Shown here: positions 7,015 through 17,600 of the stretch, piece by piece | How positions within the stretch are numbered: position 1 is the stretch's first letter | How the letters are laid out: each line of letters opens with the position of its first letter | Source of the DNA: Thermoplasmatota archaeon | GTDB lineage: Archaea > Thermoplasmatota > Penumbrarchaeia > JASLWR01 | DNA length: 20,000 nucleotides | Direction of reading: 5' to 3' | NCBI GenBank assembly: GCA_030740765.1 | Contig: JASLWR010000026.1 | Coordinates: 17,222 to 37,221, forward strand | Made by a program: the position numbers and the translations under genes | The notes under the pieces: generated by a model | Database searches by the model: none | Seen by the model: the letters and a program-made list of their open reading frames with translations, nothing else | Told to the model about the DNA's origin: nothing

Positions 7015-8565
7015 ATGTACGAAAAAAATGATTTCTACAATGCCACCGATGATTTCATCGATCGCAACGTGCGAGAAGGAAGAGGTGAGCATACTGCTCT
7101 CATATACGACGGCAGGAGATACACGTACCGACATCATCAAAAATTCGTGAACAAGACTGGAAACGCTCTGAAGGCCATGGGCATAGACATTGGCGACCAT
7201 ATCCTCCTTTTGATGCACGACAGCCCCGAATTCGTGGAAAGCTTCTGGGGAGCCATCAAGATCGGGGCGATCCCCATTCCCCTCAACACTATCCTGCAGC
7301 CGGAAGATTACGAATATCTCCTGAACGATTCCAGGGGAAAGGTTCTTGTCGTACACGAATCACTGCTTCCGAAGATAGAATCCATCACCGGTAATATCAA
7401 TTTTCTCCGTGACATGGTTGTGATAAAGGAAGGCGGAGGCGCAAAGCTTCCCTACAATCAGATGTTCAAACGGGCTTCCTCGGTACTTGAACCGGCTCCC
7501 ACTACCTACGACGATGTTGCCTTCTGGCTCTACAGCTCCGGCAGCACTGGTTTTCCCAAGGGAACGGTCCACCTACAGCACGACATGGCCCACTCTGCGG
7601 ATTCCTACGCGGGAAATATACTCAATATAAAAGAGGACGACATCATATTTTCGGCATCCAAGTTGTTCTTTGCTTACGGTCTGGGAAACAGCATGTACTT
7701 TCCATACCATGTGGGCGCATGCTCCATTTTGTACCCTGCAAGGCCAGTGGCCAGCGCCATATTCGAGGTCATCCAGCGGGAGCGGCCCACCATCTTCTTC
7801 GGGGTGCCAACACTCTACAACAACATGCTGACGTACTATAGACAGCACGGGAACCAGTACCCAACGGATATAATGTCATCCGTAAGGTGCTGTGTTTCCG
7901 CAGGGGAGGCGCTTCCCCCAAAGATATTTCAGGAGTGGAAGGACACCTTCGGCCTCGAGATCCTTGACGGCATCGGTTCCACGGAGATGTGTCATATTTT
8001 TATATCCAACCGTCCCGGCATGGTAAAACCCGCTTCCACCGGTATGGTCGTTCCCGGTTACGAAGCGAAGATAGTGGACGAGGACTGGAACGAGCTCCCC
8101 ACGGGAGAGATCGGTAATCTGGTGGTGAAAGGGGACAGTTCGGCAATTTATTACTGGAGGAACCACAAAAAGACCCAAGAAACAATGGTGGGCGAGTGGA
8201 TCAACACCGGCGATAAATACTGCCAGGATGACGAAGGTTATTATTATTACGCCGGAAGGTCGGACGATATGTTCAAGGTTGGCGGCATCTGGGTGTCGCC
8301 CTTTGAGGTGGAAAACGCGCTTTTGGAGCACATTGCGGTGTTCGAATGCGCAGTTGTTTGTTCACCCGACAGTGAGAACCTTATTAAACCCAAGGCCTTC
8401 GTTGTGCTCAACGAAAATATATTGGCTTCAGACGACCTTGAGGAAAAGTTAAAAATTTTCGTAAAATCAAAAATTGCGCCCTACAAATACCCGCGATGGA
8501 TTGAATTTATTGAAAAACTGCCAAAGACATCCACTGGAAAGATCCAGAGGTATAAACTGAGGTGA
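7015..8565 (+). CDS. Acyl-/aryl-CoA synthetase, benzoate-CoA ligase-like (AMP-dependent synthetase)
   Basis: Adenylate-forming signatures YSSGSTGFPKGTVH, FFAYGLGNSMYFP, DGIGSTEMCHIFISN, GDKYCQDDEGYYYYAGRSDDMFKVGGIWVSPFEVE and the C-terminal lysine motif PKTSTGKIQR. Preceded by gagga. Confidence 0.85.
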   Translation: MYEKNDFYNATDDFIDRNVREGRGEHTALIYDGRRYTYRHHQKFVNKTGNALKAMGIDIGDHILLLMHDSPEFVESFWGAIKIGAIPIPLNTILQPEDYEYLLNDSRGKVLVVHESLLPKIESITGNINFLRDMVVIKEGGGAKLPYNQMFKRASSVLEPAPTTYDDVAFWLYSSGSTGFPKGTVHLQHDMAHSADSYAGNILNIKEDDIIFSASKLFFAYGLGNSMYFPYHVGACSILYPARPVASAIFEVIQRERPTIFFGVPTLYNNMLTYYRQHGNQYPTDIMSSVRCCVSAGEALPPKIFQEWKDTFGLEILDGIGSTEMCHIFISNRPGMVKPASTGMVVPGYEAKIVDEDWNELPTGEIGNLVVKGDSSAIYYWRNHKKTQETMVGEWINTGDKYCQDDEGYYYYAGRSDDMFKVGGIWVSPFEVENALLEHIAVFECAVVCSPDSENLIKPKAFVVLNENILASDDLEEKLKIFVKSKIAPYKYPRWIEFIEKLPKTSTGKIQRYKLR

Positions 8566-8572
8566 AGAATTT

Positions 8573-9637
8573 TTAATAATAATTGCCGATGACGCCGGTT
8601 ATGGTTGCGGCGTTCCTCGCAGCATCCTCGCTGATCCCAGGGCCAAGTATTGTATAACGCTCAGGTCGTATCTTGGGTGCGTCCACGATGGCCTTTACGA
8701 TCATATCATCCGGTATCCCAAGCTCAGCTGCAGTGGTTCCAAGCCCTATCTTTTTCATGGCATCTCTCGTGAAACGCCAATCCTCACCGTGAAGGTACAT
8801 CATTATGATGCTGCCCAGAGCGCATTGTTCCCCATGAAGGGCCGGTTTATCCAGGATATGGTCAAGAGTGTGTGAGAACATGTGCTCCGCTCCGCTGGCT
8901 GGGCGCGATGAACCGGCAATTGCCATGGCCACCCCACCTCCCACCAGAGCTTTTACAACCTTCCAAGCCGATTCCTCAAGACCCTCCTTTATGAACTCCG
9001 CATCCCTTATCAACAGCTCAGCGCTCATCTTCGCAAGCACAGCAGCATAGGTGGAGAAATGTTCGTTGGTCAGCCTGTGGGACAATTCCCAGTCCTTCAC
9101 GGCCGAATAATTCGATATTACATCGCCGTAACCTGCTGAAAGCAATCTGAACGGGGATCTGGCGATGACACCGGTATCGGCAATCAGCGCAATGGGGGTT
9201 CTTGCTTCCATGGATTTTGCCCTTCCACCTTGATGTATCGAAGCCCTCCCGGATACAATTCCGTCGTGGGAGGCGGCAGTGGGTACCGAAATAAAAGGAA
9301 TCCCGTTGCTAAAGGCAGTGTACTTCGCAACGTCAATGGATCTTCCGCCGCCCACGCCAATGGCGAACCTCGCATTCTGTTCCTTTATAATCCGATTCGT
9401 CCCGCTGATACTTCCTTCGTTCGCCCCGCTGATCTCATAAAGGCTGATCTCGTAACCATGTTCCACCAACTGGTCCCGTAGGGAGTCGGCAGCTATCTTC
9501 CTGGTGACGGGGTCGCAAACGATGACAGCATTTTTTTCAAGTTCCAGGTCGTCGATTATCCGGGCGGCATCATCCAGGATATTGTTTCCAATATGAACGG
9601 CTCTTGGTAAAAGAATGGACAGCGTTTTTGAAAAAAT
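8573..9637 (-). CDS. egsA: sn-glycerol-1-phosphate dehydrogenase [NAD(P)+]
   Basis: Conserved segments GVGGGRSIDVAKYTAF, PFISVPTAASHDGIVSGRAS, SAGYGDVISNYSAVKDW, HMFSHTLDHI and HGEQCALGSIIMMYLHG. The ORF-track start (9469) truncates it: upstream in frame reads FSKTLSILLPRAVHIGNNILDDAARIIDDLELEKNAVIVCDPVTRKIAADSLRDQ. SD-like AGGAGG at 9645-9650. Confidence 0.9.
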   Translation of the reverse strand: MFSKTLSILLPRAVHIGNNILDDAARIIDDLELEKNAVIVCDPVTRKIAADSLRDQLVEHGYEISLYEISGANEGSISGTNRIIKEQNARFAIGVGGGRSIDVAKYTAFSNGIPFISVPTAASHDGIVSGRASIHQGGRAKSMEARTPIALIADTGVIARSPFRLLSAGYGDVISNYSAVKDWELSHRLTNEHFSTYAAVLAKMSAELLIRDAEFIKEGLEESAWKVVKALVGGGVAMAIAGSSRPASGAEHMFSHTLDHILDKPALHGEQCALGSIIMMYLHGEDWRFTRDAMKKIGLGTTAAELGIPDDMIVKAIVDAPKIRPERYTILGPGISEDAARNAATITGVIGNYY

Positions 9638-9644
9638 AATATCG

Positions 9645-9650
9645 CCTCCT
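9645..9650 (-). promoter_or_regulatory. Shine-Dalgarno-like AGGAGG for egsA
   Basis: cctcct on + (AGGAGG on -), 4-7 nt from in-frame ATT codons; no in-frame ATG, GTG or TTG lies nearby. Confidence 0.6.
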
Positions 9651-9681
9651 TATGTTAATGCTTTGAGAAAAATAAAAAATG

Positions 9682-9810
9682 AATGGTGGACAGCGAACCG
9701 AGGTTCCCATGAGCGCGAGCATCATAGTACCACAAGGAACGCGGACAGGCTTAACTTCTGGGTTCGGGATGTTACCAGGTGAGCCCTATCGCTCTGGCCG
9801 TCCTACCATT
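9682..9810 (-). rRNA. rrf: 5S ribosomal RNA
   Basis: Reverse complement AATGGTAGGACGGCC...CCTGGTAACATCCCGAACCCAGAAGTTAAGCC...GGGAACCTCGGTTCGCTGTCCACCATT. The AATGGT/ACCATT ends pair (helix I) and the CCCGAACCCAGAAGUUAAGCC core is typical. Confidence 0.93.
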
Positions 9811-9824
9811 CTAATGTGAAAGTT

Positions 9825-9847
9825 ATCATACGCAATCTGTCAAACGG
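9825..9847 (-). promoter_or_regulatory. 3' half of the pre-23S processing stem with bulge-helix-bulge motif
   Basis: RNA-sense C-CGTT-TGA-CAGATTGCGTATGAT pairs with the 5' half at 12864-12886. Confidence 0.8.
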
Positions 9848-12863
<3,016 letters not shown>

Positions 12864-12886
12864 CTGGCGTCCAGATTGCATATGAT
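12864..12886 (-). promoter_or_regulatory. 5' half of the pre-23S processing stem with bulge-helix-bulge motif
   Basis: RNA-sense ATCATATGCAATCTG-GACG-CCA-G is complementary to the 3' half. The 3-nt bulges CCA and TGA lie on opposite strands, separated by 4 bp (GACG/CGTT with one G.U). Confidence 0.8.
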
Positions 12887-12935
12887 TTGGTAATCATTGG
12901 CGCCCAATACTGGTATTTTGGGCCCTATACCCTTA

Positions 12936-12962
12936 CCTGGAGGATGTTTATAATTCTCCAGG
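12936..12962 (-). promoter_or_regulatory. Candidate 23S-5S promoter: TATA-like sequence inside an inverted repeat
   Basis: CCTGGAG (12936-12942) and CTCCAGG (12956-12962) flank 13 nt that read AATTATAAACATC on the - strand. Confidence 0.45.
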
Positions 12963-13185
12963 CGCACCAGCCGCCGACATTAATTTTATGGTATTTCAAG
13001 TTTGCGTTATCAGTGAATAACGGGAATGACCACGTCAATTACTGGCAGTATTTCCCATGGAAAATGCACGGTTTTTGAAACTCTCTCTTCCTTGAATCCT
13101 GGCATGCCTGTTTCGAATTAGCGGTATAAATCAAGATAAAATACAAATATCACACGTCCACATTCATCGTTCTAGCTTCTGGAAA

Positions 13186-13674
13186 GTGGTGAACATGATA
13201 ATCAAACTTGACGGTTGGAAGGAAGACCTGAGATTCTCAGCCTGCCATTTCATCCCACATCACGAAAAATGCGGCCGACTTCACGGCCATTCATATGCGG
13301 TCCATCTGGAAATGAAAGGAGAGTTGAACGAAGAGGATGTTGTTGTGGATTTCTCGCTTGTCAAATGTCACCTGAGAGAAATATTGAACCGGCTTGACCA
13401 TAGAATAATAATTCCCGCAACAAACCGTGATGTTGATATGACCATTGGAGACGTCTCGGTAGAACTTATTTGGAGCCGTAAACGGTATGTATTTCCCTCC
13501 GAAGATGTAATTATTTTACAGATATCTTCCAGTTCAGCCGAAATGCTAGCAGCCTATCTGGCTACTGAGCTTGCAAACCGGATGAAAGAATTCGTAAATC
13601 TTGATTCCCTTAAACTTGGCGTGGACGAAGGACCGGGCCAGGGTGCATGGTATTCACTTGAGTTAAAGGAATAG
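13186..13674 (+). CDS. queD: 6-carboxy-5,6,7,8-tetrahydropterin synthase / 6-pyruvoyltetrahydropterin synthase homologue
   Basis: FSACHFIPHHEKCGRLHGHSYAVHLEMKG (zinc-binding and active-site region), VVDFSLVKCHLREILNRLDHRIIIP and a terminal conserved Glu region. Upstream TATA-like ggtataaat near 13123-13131. Confidence 0.9.
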   Translation: MVNMIIKLDGWKEDLRFSACHFIPHHEKCGRLHGHSYAVHLEMKGELNEEDVVVDFSLVKCHLREILNRLDHRIIIPATNRDVDMTIGDVSVELIWSRKRYVFPSEDVIILQISSSSAEMLAAYLATELANRMKEFVNLDSLKLGVDEGPGQGAWYSLELKE

Positions 13675-13676
13675 AG

Positions 13677-14390
13677 ATGAATATGGCAGTGGATGGAACC
13701 AAGGGATCGCACAGGACTAAAAAGGCAGTTGTACTTCTAAGTGGCGGGCTCGATTCGACCACAGTGTGCGGTATCGCGGCCAGTGAGAACCACGAGATTT
13801 ACGCCCTTTCTTTCGATTACGGACAAACCCTGAAACGTGAATTGTTCTATGCAAAAAAGATAGCTGCTCATTTCCGGGTTGTTGATCACAAGATATTTCA
13901 GATAGATCTGGCGAAAATCGGTGGCAGTGCGCTGACAGATGACCTTATTGAAATCCCCTTGGACCGAAAAGAGGATGACATGCGCGACATTCCCTTGAGT
14001 TACGTTCCCGCCCGGAACACCATTTTTCTGTCCATAGCTCTTGGATGGGCGGAGGTACTTGGGGCCGATTCGATTTATATCGGTGTCAATGCGGTGGATT
14101 ACAGCGGTTATCCCGATTGCCGTCCCGGCTACATCGATGCCTATCAGAAAATGGCGAACCTGGCCACCCGAAGAGGGGTGGAAGGTGATCCGGTAATAAT
14201 AAAAACACCTCTTCTCCATATGAAAAAGAGCGAGATAATACGCCTGGGGCATGAACTGGGAGTTCCCTACCAGTACACCTGGAGCTGCTATTCCGACAGC
14301 GAATGGCCATGCGGCAGGTGCGACAGCTGTGTACTCAGAAAAAAGGGTTTTCATGAAGCGGGGCTCGTGGATCCGGCACTGGTTGAATGA
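13677..14390 (+). CDS. queC: 7-cyano-7-deazaguanine synthase (preQ0 synthase)
   Basis: AVVLLSGGLDSTTVCGIAASENHEIYALSFDYGQ (PP-loop), VPARNTIFLSIALGWAEVLGAD and the zinc-binding Cys cluster CYSDSEWPCGRCDSCVLRKKGF. 2 nt after queD. Confidence 0.93.
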   Translation: MNMAVDGTKGSHRTKKAVVLLSGGLDSTTVCGIAASENHEIYALSFDYGQTLKRELFYAKKIAAHFRVVDHKIFQIDLAKIGGSALTDDLIEIPLDRKEDDMRDIPLSYVPARNTIFLSIALGWAEVLGADSIYIGVNAVDYSGYPDCRPGYIDAYQKMANLATRRGVEGDPVIIKTPLLHMKKSEIIRLGHELGVPYQYTWSCYSDSEWPCGRCDSCVLRKKGFHEAGLVDPALVE

Positions 14391-14395
14391 ATTTT

Positions 14396-14677
14396 TTATT
14401 TGTCGCGTTCGGACGGGGTAAGGGAGTCCGGTAGTTTTTGTAAATATTTGGAAAATGCATCCAGAACGTTATCATCGGGGGATATTGGCGAGACTTCATC
14501 CTCGATAGTATCGGTTTCCGAAATACCAGTGAAATCATCAAGTTCCGAAGGCGTGGGTTCTTCATTTGTAAGGTCACTACCTGACAAGTTTGGCGAGTCC
14601 ACTGCGTTCCGATGCCCGCGTTGCTCCGGTGAATTGAAATTCACCTGCATCCTCGGGACGTTACCCTCCGGATGCAT
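14396..14677 (-). CDS. Small acidic hypothetical protein (93 aa), stop-start overlapped (TAATG) with the large surface protein
   Basis: ATG overlaps the TAA of the upstream large gene; composition (PSELDDF.. DAFSKYLQKLPDS) resembles the large protein's cytoplasmic tail. Confidence 0.4.
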   Translation of the reverse strand: MHPEGNVPRMQVNFNSPEQRGHRNAVDSPNLSGSDLTNEEPTPSELDDFTGISETDTIEDEVSPISPDDNVLDAFSKYLQKLPDSLTPSERDK

Positions 14678-17600
14678 TAAAATGCATCTACTCCCGTAGC
14701 CATATTTGGCGAGGGTGTAGCAGAGCCCAAAGGGGTCTGCATAGAAAAGCGGACACCCTCAGGAGCAAGCTCCTTACGGGAGCCAGCAGGTGTGTCTTCA
14801 TCGGGAGGATCCGGGAGTGCCGGAGATGGACTAAAGAAGATTTCAGGGGCCTTTACGACTGGCAGATTTAATTCGACAGTGGATAGAGATTCCGGCAATG
14901 TTGGAACGTCGATTTCCGGTTGAGGCAGCGGCATTCTACTTTCCGACTGAGAACTTTTCAGGAAGGACTCCAGTCGATCTATTGGTTTGGGAGGCAATAC
15001 CTCGATTTCCGGCTCGATTATTTTCTCTTCCACAGTGCCTGTCGAGGGGAGGTGATCCCCCACCAGTCTTCTCTTGGGCTCCGTCCGGGTTCTCCTGTAA
15101 TCATAGCGTTGCGACTCTGCCGGTACTGGAGGAATGATGCCGCCATGGTAGCTGAAATCATCGTACGTTTCTCCGGGTAAGGTCCTATTAGATGATTCGG
15201 CGTAGGATGAATAGATTGGTGGGGATTCCACAGCAGCGAAGCCAGCGGCCTTTACAGTAGTTTCTTTCATTTCACCGTTCCTTTCCGATTCGAGTAGTTC
15301 CTTATCCGCAGCACCCTTTTCCTTTCTCTTCTTCCCTGAACGTCTAATAATAAGCAGTAAAATAACTATGATGACCAGGATAAATATTATTGCCAGAGTC
15401 GTCCAGAGCCATCCCGCCGAGCTTCTTACATCATCAGAAGTCTGCTTATCAGAAATATCAACGTCCAGTTCGGCTTCGATTGCATCGCCCGAATATGTCG
15501 CCCTTACTTTAAGAAGATAGACCTTTGCATACTGGATGCTTTCGGTCCTTATATCCATTGTCAGATAAATCTGTTGGCCTGGGGCCAGAAGGATGGTTTG
15601 TACATGTCCCACCTTACCCGCCAAATCACCGATAATATCTATTAGTACCTCTTCATTTACATTCCCGTGATTGGAGATATTAAGCTCCACAGTAATATTA
15701 ATACCCTTAATTCCACTGACCCTGTCCGTGGCGAAGGATAATTCGATCTTGTGCACAGCAACGAAAACTTTTATTGTTGTGAATGACCAAACCTCGCTTT
15801 CGATGGTTCGGTTCGAGTCGCCAATTTCAGCAACTATCTTCCAGTAATAGGTATCATTGATATTCGGCAAGTCCAAAGAGAAATATTCTTCGTAGGTTTC
15901 GTTTATCTCAAGAAGGTCCTTCGAGGTTCCCCCAAGATAGATATGGTATTTTTTCCATGCTTCATTGGTATTTTTAACGTGCCATTGGAGATCGATCCCG
16001 GTGGCGTTAACTATGGCGCTGTCTTCGGGAAATAGTAAAATCAAACTTGCGGTGTTCACAGTGAAACTATACGAAGCGTTCATGCAGGACCCAGTTTCCT
16101 CCCTGTCGTGGGGGATAACGTACCAGTAGTATTTTTTGCCGTCTTCGAGAGAATCTATGGTGTAATTGACACCTGCAATGCCAGTTTTGTATAACGGTGC
16201 TGATGGATCATCACTGAAGTAGATATCATAGGTGAGTTCAGAAAGCTCGTTGTCTATATCAGTGGCATTCCACGATAGGGTTACACTATTTTCGGTGATT
16301 ACCGACCGGTCCATGGGGGCGACCAGCTCCACCAAAGGAGGATCGTTCACGTTCACAACGCTGATATTGAAAAGGTTGGAAAGAGTGGACCTTTCATAAT
16401 AATTCGTACAGTTGACCACCACGGATAGCTGACCCAACCAGTTTGTTCTAAGATCGATGACATGGAGAAGGGAGCCGTTAAGTGCTAGTGATATATTACG
16501 AGTATCGGAAACATATTCCAGGGCAAACCTCGAAGGTGCGCGATCCTTGTAGATATCCTTATAATAAGCCGAAAGGTTCAGAATATTGACCGCTGTTGAG
16601 TCCTCCTGAATTTCCATATCCGCTATTTCCGTTATCAGCTTTGGAGCAAATATTTCAGACCAATTCACGCACCAAGAATTGAGAATTGGTAATTTCATTC
16701 CGATACCAAAATATTGGATTCCAAGACGGATTTCGGAAATGTTCATATCATTTAATATGTCAATGTCTATGGTGCTGTCAGTCAGATTGTCAAAGCCCTC
16801 TATGGTTTCGTTGTTGGCGTCTAAGATAGATAAATTTATCAGCACGTTCCCCGGCTCCGTCTTGTTCAGCGACAGGCTGGACCACAACATGTTTTTAGGC
16901 AGTGAAATTGGAACCGAATTGATAAAAGGAACGGGATTTGCATTTTCTTCACCCATTGTGATGGAAGGCTCTACTGAAGCAAATTTTCTTGTACGGACAT
17001 AATCCCAGTATGCTTCGTAGGGCTGGTCGGGCGTCCAATCATCGGAGCGTTTTCCCAGTGCCACCCTCTCATTCCATACTGCATTGGTGAAGTCACGGTT
17101 ATAAACTCCCGCTCCCGTGTCAAAATTCTCAATGTCAATATTGACCAGCGTGGCCGTCTTTGCCGTAATCCGCATATTATACCAACTATTCAACCCTACA
17201 TGTTCGCCCTCCAGAAAGACCCAGGCCCCTTCATTTCTCAACCAGTCGCCACCGGGGTGACACAAATATCCGAAACAATTCGTATTAGAACTGTAAAAAC
17301 CCGCTCCTTGGAAACCATTCGCCGCTCTCGTTGTGATTCTAGTCTTTAGTTCCTGGATAATGGGATTGCTAAATGTGGCTTTGCTCAGGATCCGGCCGTT
17401 ATTATTCGTGCCTTTCAAACGGCCCCCGGCAACCGACCACCCGGTATTGTCAGGAAAGTCCCATTTTGACGAATCTAGCGAATTTCCATTGAAATCGTCA
17501 AAAAAATCAAAAACCGCATCACCATTACTTTTCCCTTCCACCTCGGGATTCCCGTAGTACATCCATACGATGGAAGTTCCGGTCTTGATACTTGGCATAT

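Noticed and set aside
7360-8452. ORFs opposite or overlapping the CoA ligase (7360-7572, 7573-7848, 7876-8331, 8000-8185, 8228-8452)
   Set aside because: Overlap conserved adenylate-forming motifs in the real gene; spurious.
12887-13185. tRNA or 16S rRNA between queD and 23S
   Set aside because: No cloverleaf arms, GTTCRANNC-type T-loop or 16S 3'-end (anti-SD) sequence found by reading both strands.
13737-14354. 205-aa antisense ORF opposite queC
   Set aside because: Shadow ORF produced by the codon usage of a well-supported queC; no independent domain signal.
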